Below, piece after piece: positions 1 to 15,336 of a stretch of DNA of 64,000 nt. Under the pieces are notes generated by a model that ran no database searches, was not told the origin of the DNA, and saw nothing but the letters and a program-made list of their open reading frames with translations. Numbering within the stretch: the first letter of the stretch is position 1; every line of letters starts with the position of its first letter. Source of the DNA: Eledone cirrhosa (Eukaryota); NCBI GenBank assembly GCA_964016885.1, contig OZ024756.1, positions 31,992,001 through 32,056,000 of the forward strand, given 5' to 3'. The position numbers and the translations under genes were made by a program.

Positions 1-396
1 TTACATAAATTAAGACATTAAGGACAATACAGGACGGTACATATGGGCATTTCTGCGTGAAAAAAAAACATGCTTTCTCTATTAACCACAAGGGTTTACA
101 CAAAGTGACACATTAAGGACAGTACAGGACAATACAGGACGGTACTAATGGGCATTTATGCGTGTAAAAAAACAAAACAAAACAGAGGATGTAACAAAAA
201 AAGAACAATTGAAAATTCCCCAATAGGGGGTGGGGGACTTCCGAGGGCCATCGTAGAGAAAGACCATTAAAAAATCCACGGTGACCCTGACCACCAGAGC
301 AAGTACCCTCTCCCAGTTGTCCACCTTAAATTTACAGCCACATACTCAGAGTAGGCCCATTCACTCGAGCCATTCTTGCCTCACTCACCCATCTTA

Positions 397-578
397 ATAA
401 TTGTTTCTACTATTGGCATCAGGCCAGCAATTATCCCAGTGCATTACTGGTACTTTATTTTATCGACCCCGTAAGGATGAAAGGCAAAGTTAACCTCGGC
501 GGGATTTGAACTCAGATCATAAAGGGAGGTAACTCTATGCTTCAAAACATGGCGCACGACCCCCCCACCGATACTGTC
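397..578 (-). mobile_element. tRNA-derived SINE, family 1
   Basis: Reverse strand has a B box (GAGTTCAAATCCC), the conserved core GCCTTTCATCCTTACGGGGTCGATAAAATAAAGTACCAGT and a (TAT)-type tail; more than 10 copies in the window. Confidence 0.9.
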
Positions 579-787
579 ATAATAATACTAGTGAATGTAA
601 AATAAATTTGAACCTGGTGGTGCAACAAAGACTGACAAGGAACTGTTGAAATTTTAAAAATGACGATGATGATGATATAGCAACAGCAACAACATCGACA
701 ATAACAGCAACACTGATAATACAAATAAAAATAGTTATAATGTTAGCAATATAGACAAAATGAAATAGAATGTAAACACACCCATCC

Positions 788-833
<46 letters not shown>

Positions 834-886
834 GATAAAGAGAGAGTGAGAGTGAGAGTGAGTGAGAGAGTGAGAGTGTGAGAAAG

Positions 887-916
<30 letters not shown>

Positions 917-918
<2 letters not shown>

Positions 919-1320
919 TGACAGAGAAAGATATATATATATATATTGAGAGAGAAAGATATATATATATATATATATTGAGCGAGAAAGATATATATAT
1001 ATATATTGAGAGAGACAGATATATATATATATATATATTGAGAGAGACAGATATATATATATATATTGAGAGAGACAGATATATATATATATATATATTG
1101 AGAGAGAAAGATATATATATATATATTGAGAGAGAAAGATATATATATATATATATATTGAGAGAGACAGATATATATATATATATATATTGAGAGAGAC
1201 AGATATATATATGTATATATATATATTGAGAGAGACAGATATATATATATATATATATATATATATTGAGAGAGACAGATATATATATATATATTGAGAG
1301 AGACAGATATATATATATAT
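917..1320. repeat. Compound minisatellite TGAGAGAGA(C/A)AGA(TA)n, about 13 units of ~30-32 bp
   Basis: Repeat units are directly visible. Confidence 0.9.
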
Positions 1321-1331
1321 ATATACATATT

Positions 1332-1397
<66 letters not shown>

Positions 1398-1415
1398 AGG
1401 AGAGAGTGCGAGAGT

Positions 1416-1448
<33 letters not shown>

Positions 1449-1971
1449 AGAGTGAGAAACAAATTGAATTCCAATAATCTCGCCCTTAGATTTCCTCTCA
1501 GAATGTCAAAATGTCATAAGCAACTCGTGATGTGCATATTAGCTCCACAACTTCCTTCTAGATAAATGAATACGAAAGTGATATTTTGTGATTTTGTTGG
1601 CTTTTGTTTATCCTGTTCTGTGTTTCATGCAATGCCTACACCATCTTATCAAAACTTATTAATCACCAAGACAGGAAGAGAGCTACTTCTTATGTCGTGC
1701 TATGCGATACTACGCCATTTGCTGTAAATTTCTGAAGTAATAACAGGAGCGCTGTCGTTACATATCGTAAGAATATAAGATACCAGCCATGGATGATACC
1801 AACCATCTCTATATCGGTATATATGACATATTCGATGTCTTCTGGACAAATAGCGAGCGCCCCCTCTTCTTTATTTTACTGATTGCAACATCAAGAAATG
1901 CACAATATATGTGTGTGTGTAAGAGATAATTAATATATATATATACTACAAAAAACACACACACACATATA

Positions 1972-2017
<46 letters not shown>

Positions 2018-2021
<4 letters not shown>

Positions 2022-2222
2022 ACGAAGGAAATGTGGTAAGGAACCAGGTGGACCATAACACACCAAAGTACTCAATACTTAAGGTAGTAGAGTGGGTAAT
2101 AAGAAGGAGTAGGACCCCGACGGCTGAGCTCAAGCCGTTCCGACGGCTAGTTCTGGACTAAATTTTAGTCCAGAACTAACCGTCGAAACGGCTTGAGCTC
2201 AGCCGTCGGGGTCCTACTCGTT

Positions 2223-2226
<4 letters not shown>
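2018..2226 (-). mobile_element. Family A PLE-type fold-back element (3' half of HHR only)
   Basis: Near-perfect ~55-bp-arm palindrome centred near 2162; tail matches 44760-44894; (TA)n on both sides. Confidence 0.8.
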
Positions 2227-2259
<33 letters not shown>

Positions 2260-2875
2260 CTATATATATATCGCTGTATATTTTAGAAGATAGCATATAT
2301 TTTCACTAGCTCTGACAGTTTGCAGGTGAATAGTGAGCTGTACTGAAACATTAGTGTCTGCAGAGGGAGAGAGAGAGAGAGAGAGAAAGAAATGGCTTCT
2401 ACAGGTCTATTGACTATATATGTATGTATGTATATATTTATTCATATGTATTCATGTATATATATATGTATATAAATGTCTGTTTGATATTTGCTATCCT
2501 TTCTCTTATTATCCTCTTGGGGATTGCGAGAGATACTTCCTTTTCTTTCCATCTTAGCAAATTAACTAAAAACAACACATTTCTTGTCCTCTAATTGATT
2601 ATTAATATTCAATTTAATTTCATTTTACTATTTAATCTTTGTATATGTGTAACAGACAGGTTGTTTCGACATTTTATATCGTAATCGATGCAATGTCTTC
2701 CTAAGAATTTATTATCTACATTAATAATACTACTTTCGACCACTTTTCATAGAAATAATCGATAGAAACAAATGAAATTATTTGATAAAAATTCATAAAT
2801 TTTGTAGTTCCTTTTAAATTGTAATAGAAAGAACATTTGATGTGCTTGCAAGTTTTTAGGGTATTTGGAAGCAAC

Positions 2876-2948
<73 letters not shown>

Positions 2949-3139
2949 AGTTGTATGTACACCTTAATGACGTAAAGTGTATAGTGTGCTAACTTTGAGC
3001 ATGGTGGTGCTCACCGATTTCTTACAGATAAAGAAAGAGAGAAAGAGAGAGAGAGAGTGAGTGAGAGAGAGAGACAGAGCGAGAGAGAAAGAGAGAGAGA
3101 GAGAGAGAGGGAGAGAGAGGAAGAGAGAGAGAGTGGAAA

Positions 3140-3455
3140 ACTGATATAGATGGAGAATGAATTCCAATAGTTGACTGGTAACTTTTTCATCGACCTCAAA
3201 AGAATGTAAAAATAAAGCTGACCGTAGTAGAATTTTGAATAGAGAGCGTAAGATCCCGGGACAAACACCGCAAAACATTCTATCTAACGTTCTCATAACT
3301 AGGTCTATTAGCCGCCTATATTCCAGTAGATGTTCTCTTCTAAAATATTTTTTGAGACCACAATAGACCATTCCCACTCAGATACCGGTGTAAAGGTTTA
3401 TGATGTCGCCTTTTCTCTGTGATCCCCTCCTATTTGCAAATGTGATGAAAAAAGA
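3140..3455 (+). pseudogene. Degenerate non-LTR reverse transcriptase fragment
   Basis: Motifs in correct order across frameshifts: FFIDLK, DRSRIL, ISRLY, DTGVK, PLLFANVM (compare FIDLxKAFD...GVxQG..LSPLLF). Confidence 0.5.
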
Positions 3456-3819
3456 AAGTACCTTGTCACCTCTATGTTCGGCAGTGTTCATTTCAGTTGA
3501 GCTGCTTCGTTAAAATTTAAAATAATTAAATGTCATTCAGAACATTTCTATTGGATTATATAACCTTTGTACGAGATGAAAAAAAAAGCTAGAAAGTGAA
3601 AGTAAGAGTTAAGGGAGAAGTTGCTTGGGTATATATTTAATTCACTATGCATTTACTGAAAGACCTCTTGTGAAAGTTTTAGCAAGATTCTTTATCTAAA
3701 TAACTGCATGCTTGCTATTGATCTTTCTTTCTCTGCATTTCTTTACGACGGAGAGAAACGTAGCGGGAACATTTTTTTATATATCGTCCTAGAATCTTAT
3801 CGATATCTGACTTGAGTAA

Positions 3820-3856
3820 CATCATCATCATTATAGTCACGATCGGCGTCATCGTT

Positions 3857-3904
<48 letters not shown>

Positions 3905-3960
3905 GCCATTACCACTATCATTATCATCATCAGCATCATCATCATCAACAACAACAACCG
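3820..3960. repeat. (CAT)n microsatellite
   Basis: Directly visible. Confidence 0.95.
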
Positions 3961-5139
3961 CAGCCACTGCATTGCATATTCTTACGTCAGTGATATCCCT
4001 GTAAATGTCACAGACAGATACCAAAGCATTCTATTTCTTTCTGTTCACCTAAAACACTGAAGCTTTGTTGTTTGATATGAAGCGAAATAGCCATATTTAA
4101 TGGAAACGTTGATAGTTGAAATGAATTTAATTACAGCAGGAAAAATAAAATGTCTGATGGTTCCTGGCTACGAGCATTTTATTGAGTAAGAAAAGATAAA
4201 ATTCCATGAGTTCTGGTAAAAAAAAAATATATAACAAAAATAAATCAGCAACACAATCTAAAATGACGGATGCTGCAAAGAGTTGGTTATATCTGTTGAC
4301 CAGATTTTATGAGTTTTTTTTCCGTCTGCTAGGTCCTGAATTCATAATGAAATAATATCGGCGTCATCATGACATGCGGCGTGTTAAAGAGTCTCATAGC
4401 TCGCATCCTTACACATTTCAGTTTCTTTTAAAATCATAAATAGAGAATGATATTGGATTTGAAGAAACATTTTAGAAGAGCTGTGTGGGATCAGAGAAAG
4501 GGGAGATTTGTGTAAGATGGTACGTGGTAGAAAAATTAGGGAAAAGAAATAACGGTCACTCGTCCAACGGTTATTGTGGAAAATGCGACTGTTCTGTCGA
4601 TAACTTAGAGTTAGAGGAAAACCACATCAACGGTCGTTTGAAGGTAAGCTTGTGTGTTGGAGACGTGGGCATTTTGTGTGACTTTAACCCCAAACCTGAT
4701 TCGCTGTTACTGTGGAATAATGAGAAAGAGATAACAAGTATTTTGTTTGTGGGATGGAATGATGTAGGATTTAAATGTTTCTATAGTTTTCGTTGCAGTT
4801 ATTTTTTATTACTGGGAACCCAGTATATACTGGTGAAGGTACGAAGATGGGTGAGCGAGGAGGTGCTAGCTGTCTCGTACAAGACATATAATTTTTTTCT
4901 TTGAAAAAAAAAACCCTGTTGAATAGAAATAAATGATGGACTTAACAGCGTTTTTTTATGTCTTTCGGCATAGGTTTTTTTTCTTAATGAAAGCTTTGAA
5001 AGAACAACGGGAGAAACAGGACTAGTTTCCGATATTTCATATACGTTCTCAAATTTATCACAATGTTCCTGGAAGTGACATTTATTTTCATCAGTTCAAC
5101 AAAAACGAGAGATTTTTCTTATTGGTAACAGTAACGATT

Positions 5140-5640
5140 GTAAGTAAAATGGCGTGTACGATAGTAGGTAAAATGATGGGTAAATTAGCTATTCCTGGAA
5201 AAATAAGGAGTAAAGTAGAGATTTTGGGGTAAAATTTTGGTTAATGTACCTATAACAGGTAAAATGGGAATATGGGAAAAGTAGCGATTATGGCTAAAAT
5301 TATGGGTAAAACAGAGATTGCGGGTAATTTAGGGGCAAAGAAAAGACTGTAATCTAGAGATTGCGAGTAAAATGGGGTGGTGGCAAAGAAAAGATGTCGG
5401 GTAAAATTATGAGTAACATATTAGATGCATTATTGAGTAAAAATGCTGACTAAAATAGCGAATACGAGTAGAATAGAGGGAAGGGGTAACGTAGCGTTTG
5501 ATGGTAAAATGGTGGTGAGATAAAGTAACTATTGGCGGGTAAAACTAAGAGAAGGGTGTGTAAAGTAGCAATTGAGGGTAAATTGGATGTGGCAGGGGTT
5601 AAATTAGCGCAAATGATGGTTAATGTTATCGGTAAATTAA
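5140..5640. repeat. Degenerate minisatellite, ~30-bp period (GGTAAAAT...GGGTAAAGTAGCGATT-like)
   Basis: Recurrent GGTAAAAT and TAGxGATT words at roughly regular spacing. Confidence 0.6.
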
Positions 5641-5760
5641 AATCGAGGATGCCTTGTTAATTTCGTATATTTGCGTCTAAAAATAAGGTTTGTATTGATT
5701 TGTTGTTTTTGTGTTTCTCAATTAAAGCTACTTAGAGCTAAATACTACTACTACTACTAT

Positions 5761-5834
<74 letters not shown>

Positions 5835-5847
5835 ATAATAATAATAA

Positions 5848-6011
5848 TAATTGTTTCTACTTTTGGCACAAGGCCAGCAATTATCCCAGTGCATTACTGG
5901 TACTTTATTTTATCGACCCCGTAAAGACGAAAGGCAGAGTTAACCTTGGCGGGATTTGAACTCAGATCATAAAGGGAGGAATCTCTATGCTTCAAAGCAT
6001 GGCGTCCGACC
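5848..6011 (-). mobile_element. SINE family 1, running into the assembly gap; (TAC)n/(TAA)n at its tail
   Basis: Same core and B box as 397-578. Confidence 0.9.
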
Positions 6012-6211
6012 NNNNNNNNNNNNNNNNNNNNNNNNNNNNNNNNNNNNNNNNNNNNNNNNNNNNNNNNNNNNNNNNNNNNNNNNNNNNNNNNNNNNNNNNN
6101 NNNNNNNNNNNNNNNNNNNNNNNNNNNNNNNNNNNNNNNNNNNNNNNNNNNNNNNNNNNNNNNNNNNNNNNNNNNNNNNNNNNNNNNNNNNNNNNNNNNN
6201 NNNNNNNNNNN
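6012..6211. other. Assembly gap (200 N)
   Basis: Run of N. Confidence 1.
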
Positions 6212-6219
6212 CACACACG

Positions 6220-6251
<32 letters not shown>

Positions 6252-6307
6252 CTGCCAAGACTGGAATTGAACCATCAGCACAGTTGAGGTATGTCATACA
6301 TCAATTT

Positions 6308-6379
6308 ATATATTTTATCTGATGAGGACGTACTGAAAAAACACCACAGTACCTCCGAAATATATATAATAAAATATAT
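6308..6379 (+). ncRNA. Type I hammerhead ribozyme motif
   Basis: Stem I ATATATTTTAT/ATAAAATATAT (11 bp); CTGATGA; stem II GGAcGTACTG/CAGTACcTCC; GAAA; palindromic TATATA; cleavage after UA at 6368. Confidence 0.8.
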
Positions 6380-6428
6380 TTTGATTACGTGAATGTCTAT
6401 ATTTATTAATATTTTGAATTAATATATG

Positions 6429-6485
<57 letters not shown>

Positions 6486-6492
6486 TATATAT

Positions 6493-6527
<35 letters not shown>

Positions 6528-6549
6528 TATATAATATATATATATAAAT

Positions 6550-6582
<33 letters not shown>

Positions 6583-6584
6583 AT

Positions 6585-6636
<52 letters not shown>

Positions 6637-6680
6637 TATATATAAATAATATATAATATATATATATATAAATATATATA

Positions 6681-6809
<129 letters not shown>

Positions 6810-6832
6810 TATATATATTATATATTTATATA

Positions 6833-6907
<75 letters not shown>

Positions 6908-6917
6908 TATATATATA

Positions 6918-7060
<143 letters not shown>

Positions 7061-7179
7061 ATATATATATATATATAAATACTATGGAGAATTTGGCGTG
7101 ACATGAGATATAGAATTGCCTTCGGATATCTGGAAAACTTGGCGATAATGGCAGAATCCGTGTTAATAATGTTGCTAAT

Positions 7180-7204
7180 GATGCTGTTGGTGATGATGAT
7201 GATA

Positions 7205-7239
<35 letters not shown>

Positions 7240-7359
7240 GAGGATAGAGATATGAGTTTTGAAGTTGATAATGAGCGGAAGAAACCATAATTAATTAGAC
7301 ATTAATAGAACATATTAGTGGTGATGTTGTTGTTGATGATGATGTTAGAATATGTTGAA

Positions 7360-7395
<36 letters not shown>

Positions 7396-7405
7396 AATAT
7401 TTATA

Positions 7406-7448
<43 letters not shown>

Positions 7449-7461
7449 GGAGGATGGCAAC

Positions 7462-7517
<56 letters not shown>

Positions 7518-7700
7518 CGATGATGATGATGATGATTATCATATCCATGATGATGGCGACGTTGAATAATGATTTTATTCATAAATGATGATCATGATGT
7601 CCACGACGATGATAATGATGACGATGATTATATTTATGACCATGGCAACGATGATGGTGATGACGATGATGATGGTGAAGATGATAACACAGACGCTGAC
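7180..7700. repeat. (GAT)n microsatellite field
   Basis: Directly visible; explains the poly-D/M/H/I ORFs. Confidence 0.95.
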
Positions 7701-8073
7701 GGTAATGGTGGTGGAGAGTGTGGTGTATTAAACTTAGCAATGATGTTTTCTTTGAATGGTGTTGAAAGTATTCTACGCTTTAATGCTCTATTAGACATTT
7801 CCTTTTGACCAGACTTATATGTCTTCTGCCTGAAGGTTTGATATGTTTATATATATGTTTATATATATATATGTGTGGGTACACACTTGTAAAATTATCT
7901 CGTGTGATTATTCCTGTTTATTTATATGTTAATCAATTTCTAGTTATTATAAAATGCTCGGACCTACTCGTTAGAATCTTAGAGCTTATTTTGCGGGTGA
8001 TATGGCACATGTCTTTCTGGCATGACACCCATAATTTTGATTTGGATTAAATTCATTTGATTTATCTTAATTT

Positions 8074-8141
<68 letters not shown>

Positions 8142-8200
8142 ATATATATATAGAATAGAATACGAAAAAATCAGTGATGCATCTGAACTCAATTTATTAT

Positions 8201-8289
8201 GTGTTACAATTGTTTCGCCGGCGGACAGCTCGGGACGCGATCATTGTGTGGATCTGTCTGATTCTGGACCCGCCACGTTCGACGGACAC
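8201..8289 (-). ncRNA. Degenerate long-stem-II hammerhead-like motif
   Basis: GTGT-CCGTCGA-...GGCGG/CCGCC...-GAAAC-AATT-GTA-ACAC; core deviates from CUGANGA; 3' part homologous to 37453-37555. Confidence 0.45.
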
Positions 8290-8830
8290 GTCTAATGATT
8301 TCGGAGCATATTCTCTCACTGCTCTGTAAGAGCATAGGGTCCTCAAACCGGCATACCGCCTGTGGAAGCATCTTAGCTACCACCAGACACACACACACTC
8401 ACACACACACCTCCCCCCCCCCCACACACACATACACCCCCCCCCCCACACACACATATATATGCACGCATCATACATACATACCTATATACATATATAC
8501 TCACATGTTGAGACACCCACTCAGGCAGACACGAATATGTATCTTTGTATATATTTTATGATTGAGTGAGCATGTATTTATACTTTGTCATATCTATGTT
8601 AACCAGTATTTAACATGTTCGTCAATTCTCTCTCCACTCACTCTCTTATCTTATTGAGCACACGAATGGGTTTACAGCTAGATATGACTTGCTATATCTT
8701 GTTTCTGGTAATGCCGGAAATATATATCAGTCCCAAAATACTAAACACATTGCCTGGAATTTTTCTTTCTCGTCACAAAATCTGACGACACACCTATATA
8801 TCTATATATCTATATATCTATATATCTATA

Positions 8831-8927
<97 letters not shown>

Positions 8928-9052
8928 ATGTATGTACATATATATATCTATATGTATATATATGTGTATATATATATATATACATATATATTATATATAT
9001 ATATGTATATATAAATACATATATAAATGTATATACTTATATATATGTATTC

Positions 9053-9084
<32 letters not shown>

Positions 9085-9379
9085 TTACAATGTATTTAAA
9101 TAGAGGGAAACACGAAGTCTTGCATACATATACATATCGATAAAAGTTATGGGTCCTCATTCTAATTATCACACACCTTTTCATTTTTCTTTTTATGTAT
9201 GTACACAACACGCGTAAGCACATATACATGTTCACATTACTATTCGCATATATATATATATTACACAAACACACATACACAGACACACACATATATATAT
9301 ATATAAATATATACATCCATACATATATGTGAATATTTATATTTATATATATGTATACGTGTGTATATATGTAAATTAG

Positions 9380-9440
<61 letters not shown>

Positions 9441-9558
9441 AATTGAAACAAAATGAAAACGAAATTTCATTTCTCACTCTTAGTATGGCACTTACTTAAA
9501 TGTAAGTATGCTACTGTACGTCTGTATACATATATGTATGTACGTATACATGCATACT

Positions 9559-9599
<41 letters not shown>

Positions 9600-9613
9600 G
9601 TATATGCATACAT

Positions 9614-9707
<94 letters not shown>

Positions 9708-9746
9708 CGTATATTCATACATATATATACGTATATAAATACATAC

Positions 9747-9778
<32 letters not shown>

Positions 9779-10571
9779 GTAACTTATATATATATATATA
9801 TATAAAAGTTGCATTCGTACATGGATACAATAATGCTTCATTAGTTTCTCTATGTTACGCATGATTTTCCCGCCGTCAATTATAATATCCAGCTAATGTA
9901 GTTTACATATTTTATATACAATCTATACAGAAACAGTTGTATCAGTTCTTGAATACGTATATTTTTATCTTCATATTTCAGACATCTCTATGTTAAAAGA
10001 TGTACTGTCGGTGGTAAAATTAGCATAAAAGCTAATATTCTAATATATTCCTGTTAAAACAAATCGTGTGTTGTGTGTGCTGGGACTTCTTCGGTAACGA
10101 CGATGAGTGCTCCAGTCGTTTTATTCAACGGAGTAGCATGATCGTAAAATTCAAGAGAAAGTGGTTGAGTATTCCACAGATCTACATTAATGTACATTTA
10201 TACTTTAACGTATTTTTTTTATTAGAATTCAGCGTGACACATTTTGTAATAAAGTTGACCTTATGAATCGCTAATAGAACTCATAAAGTTGTTAACTGAA
10301 TGAACTGGATGTACCTGAAATAATATATCTGCCCTAAGGACGCAGTGTACAGCCGAGAATCGAACACAAACGGATTCCTTAACCGGGTTTCATTGCTGTT
10401 AATATATATATATATAACACATATATATATATATGTATAATATATATATAAATATATATGTTTACACACACATATATATATATATTATATATACACACAC
10501 ACACATATATATATATATATTATATATTATATACACACACACACACATATATATAAATATATATTATATAT

Positions 10572-10617
<46 letters not shown>

Positions 10618-10995
10618 CACACACATATATATATTTATATGTAGAATGTGAGTAATATTTATATATTCTAGACATCTAATATTCGTTATATTAGCACATT
10701 CACCTCATCAATCTATTTATTTATTTATTTTTATATTTATTTTTATTTTTATTATATATATATTTTTTTAGCCGTAATTCATTTTGGGACAGCGTTCCCG
10801 ATCAGAACTATCTATTTCTCTCTTTCTCTTTCTCCCTCCTCCTTCTTTCTTTCTTTTTCCTCTTCTATTTATTTTCCCTTTTCCTTCTTACCCTTTCTTC
10901 ATTTTTCCTATTTTCTTTTCTCTTATATTTTTGTCATATGTTGACTGGACACTTTCTTGTTCACAAGTGTGTTTAGGCCTCATATCATATTACCT

Positions 10996-11065
10996 TATTT
11001 TATCTGATGAAAACATAATTTTTGTCCCAGGATGATGTTGTTTTCGAAATGCGCATAATAAAATA
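10996..11065 (+). ncRNA. Type I hammerhead ribozyme motif
   Basis: TATTTTAT-CTGATGA-AAACA...TGTTTTC-GAAA-TGCGCA-TA-ATAAAATA; palindromic stem III ATGCGCAT; same family as 22654-22720. Confidence 0.75.
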
Positions 11066-11165
11066 TGCGGAACGTTTTTAACCATCTTTTAATTTCTTCT
11101 TTATATATATATTTTATTATATATGTTTAGCAAGATTCTTTATCTGAAAAGGTGTGTTGAAACCG

Positions 11166-11686
11166 ATATTGTTATGCTTTGGGAGGGTCATGTTGCCAAT
11201 AAGAAACACACGCACCAGTTGCTTTTACTCCAATTTATTATAAATTAAATTTATAAATTTAAGAATTTATAAATTTATAAACATGAATGGAATAGCAACA
11301 TCACAACTTACAATCAAGGACAAAATGAAAACACACACACACATAGAACAAACAACCAACCAGTAACATGTAAATAAACAAATAAATAAACAAATATAAA
11401 CACACACAGACACCCGGATGTAACATGCGCAAACTAAGCACACAACACACACAAAAACAAGATGGCGTAGGACAGAACAAAGGAGAGGTACAAAAACAAA
11501 GAAAAGAATCCCAGCCACTGAAGAGGTCACATAATCTGTGACGAAAGAACTTTGACAATATATGGAACCAACAAACCAACCGGAAATTTATAAATTCTTA
11601 AATTTATAAATTTAATTTATAATAAATTGGAGTGAAAGCACCTGGTGCGTGTGTTTCTTATCGGCAACATGACCCTCCCAAAGCAT

Positions 11687-11694
<8 letters not shown>
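11166..11694 (+). mobile_element. PLE-type non-coding element with 111-bp inverted repeats and an internal HHR
   Basis: 11166-11276 is the near-exact reverse complement of 11584-11694; ends in (TA)n; the end motif GGCAACATGACCCTCCCAAAG recurs at ~15093 and ~57897. Confidence 0.75.
11514..11556 (+). ncRNA. Minimal hammerhead motif
   Basis: GCCA-CTGAAGA-g-GTCACA/TGTGAC-GAAA-GAAC-TT-TGAC; stem I has one mismatch. Confidence 0.6.
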
Positions 11695-11723
<29 letters not shown>

Positions 11724-12236
11724 AATATATATATATATACACAAACAAATATATATATATGTATGTATATTATATTAAATATAAATGTTTATATATATAT
11801 AAATTTAATATTGAAAAATGTATGAATAATTGGTAAAATGTTCTAGAATATTATATAGAAGGTGGTAAAATTCATTTTGTTGGATTTTGTAAGTAATGAT
11901 ATTCATGTGATATCTGTTAGCATTACATATGGGATGTTATATGTATGGATGAGAGAGCAGGAGTATTTCAGCGTAGGTGGGAGTTGTGTACGTTTGTGGT
12001 TTGTATCTAAGTTTGAGAATGTTTGCGCTTCATCCAATGTGTCTGAAGGTGTTTGGGAAGTTATCAGAGTTGGAGAGTTTGTATGAACATATGTTGTTTG
12101 TGTGCGTGTGTGGGTAAATTACTATAATTTATACAATTCTTACAGAGAATGGGAGTGTTTCTGTGTAAATAACTATAGTTTATACAAACTTTCATCATCT
12201 TTTATTATATATATATATATATATGTGTGTGTGTGC

Positions 12237-12287
<51 letters not shown>

Positions 12288-12578
12288 CCATATATCCATA
12301 TACATATATATGAATAATGCTTATCATTAGGATATGCGTGTGAATACATTGTTTTGATTGTGTAGGCGTTTGTGAAAAATGGTAACTTTATTATATGTCT
12401 GTATGTGGTTACATTGTTCCTACACACGAACAGATAAACATATTATAAATTAATAAAATAAATTTTTTAAAATCAAGAAATGAAAATAGAATAAACCCAA
12501 TGAAGTAAATTTGTATTTATGCACATACATTAAATTTATTGATTAAGTACAAGCAAGGATACATATATATATGTACAT

Positions 12579-12653
<75 letters not shown>

Positions 12654-13098
12654 TATGTATATAATTCAAATCGTACAATCTTGATTTTAATACCAAACTT
12701 TCTTCCTGTTTAAAAGGCGTTCATTTTAGTTATAAAAGAACCCTTTTTGAATCTGTATCATGTATGTGTGTATGACAGTGAGTGTTGGTGTTTGTCGATA
12801 TATCTGTGTGTGTGTATCTGTCTTTCTATGTGACTCTACAATGTGTTTACATCAGTGTATGAATATGTGTATATTTGACTATGCATGGAAACCTCTCTTT
12901 CTCATATATTTCATACATAACTACTGCATGAAAATGTTTTCATTACAGATTCAAATGGAAGAAGAAATTGAATAATAATAATAATACTGTGAGAAATAGA
13001 AATAATAATAACAATAATGTTGATAGTGGCAATAATAATAATAACAGCAATAATAATATTCAATGTAGTCAAATTGCTGAATATATATATATATATAA

Positions 13099-13215
<117 letters not shown>

Positions 13216-13324
13216 TATTACTAGTACAGATTAAATTTTAATAAGGAATCGCTGACATCGCATTTTTACACACACACACACACACGCACACACACGCATA
13301 CACATATATATATATATACATATA

Positions 13325-13480
<156 letters not shown>

Positions 13481-13504
13481 AATATATATATATATATATA
13501 TACA

Positions 13505-13613
<109 letters not shown>

Positions 13614-13729
13614 ATACATACATATATATGCATCCACACACACATATATGTATATATATATATGTAGATATACATATACATATATATATATATATATAGC
13701 AGTGGTTACACAGCAGTTAGTTCACCATA

Positions 13730-13769
13730 CCGAGAACAATTGTTTCACCTTCGCGGATCTTCAGCTCGG
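13730..13769 (-). ncRNA. Minimal type I hammerhead (inverted copy)
   Basis: Exact reverse complement of 13990-14029. Confidence 0.75.
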
Positions 13770-13787
13770 GATGTACATATATATATT

Positions 13788-13974
<187 letters not shown>

Positions 13975-13989
13975 CTCGGGATGTACATC

Positions 13990-14029
13990 CCGAGCTGAAG
14001 ATCCGCGAAGGTGAAACAATTGTTCTCGG
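13990..14029 (+). ncRNA. Minimal type I hammerhead
   Basis: CCGAG-CTGAAGA-tCCgcgaaGGt-GAAAC-AATT-GTT-CTCGG; palindromic stem III ACAATTGT. Confidence 0.75.
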
Positions 14030-14122
14030 TATGGTGAACTAACTGTTGTGTAACCACTTCTACCTAACTCGTCCCTTGGACTGAGTGCTCTACCACTACG
14101 GATATTACCTTCAAGTGTTCCA

Positions 14123-14180
<58 letters not shown>

Positions 14181-14532
14181 CTGATGGTTTAAATACCTAA
14201 TTATATTCATAAATAAATTCCTTCCTTTTACAACGAGATGGATCACACAAGAATATGTAACTGGATTTTATTTCTCTTCAAAAACTAACAATCTCTTCCT
14301 AAATCCCCATACATATTAAGAAAGAAGAGACTTTTGGGTTTGACAAATTTTATTCACACACAAACACACATATATATATATATATATATGATACATATAT
14401 ATATATATATATAACCTTGTATATAGGAATGAAGGGATTACGACATTTGATAACGGTGCTTGTATTCCATCAACGTATAACGTATAATGTATATATACAT
14501 ATATATAAATATATATACATGTGTGTGTTTGC

Positions 14533-14567
<35 letters not shown>

Positions 14568-14568
14568 G

Positions 14569-14601
<33 letters not shown>

Positions 14602-14628
14602 GTAATGATAAAAATAAAAATAATAATA

Positions 14629-14678
14629 TGAAGAAGAAGAAGAAGAAGAAGAAGAAGAAGAAGAAGAAGAAGAAGAAG

Positions 14679-14707
<29 letters not shown>
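14629..14707. repeat. (AAG)n microsatellite
   Basis: Directly visible. Confidence 0.95.
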
Positions 14708-14709
<2 letters not shown>

Positions 14710-15002
14710 GAACAAGCTGAAATGTGAAAGATGTATACAAGAAAGTCGTTAAGGGATGAATGGGAAGCTTTTTCTCGTAAGAGACCCTTTACATGAAACA
14801 TATTCTGTTCATTGTGCTATGAAGAAATACGATGATTAGTTAACAAATAGTGATATCATTAGCCTTATGTTGTGATTAATTACCCTTTCATAGCGATTGG
14901 GGAGGGCAATGGGGGCTTCTGACTTATGTATGTATGTATGTATGTATGTATGTATGTATGTATGTATGTATCCATATATACTGTATATATATATATACAT
15001 AC

Positions 15003-15068
<66 letters not shown>

Positions 15069-15130
15069 TATATATCGTTTCTGAATTTTTATTGGCAACA
15101 TGACCCTCCCAAAGTATAACAATATGCATA

Positions 15131-15173
<43 letters not shown>

Positions 15174-15186
15174 GGATATATATATA

Positions 15187-15232
<46 letters not shown>

Positions 15233-15239
15233 TATATAT

Positions 15240-15336
<97 letters not shown>

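Noticed and set aside
2308-2365. CTGACAG...GAAAC-ATTAGT-GTC hammerhead-like string
   Set aside because: Core is not CUGANGA or a compensatory variant, and stem I does not pair; at best a decayed copy.
4485-4904. 139-aa ORF
   Set aside because: GTG start and no recognisable motifs on either strand; possibly old repeat debris.
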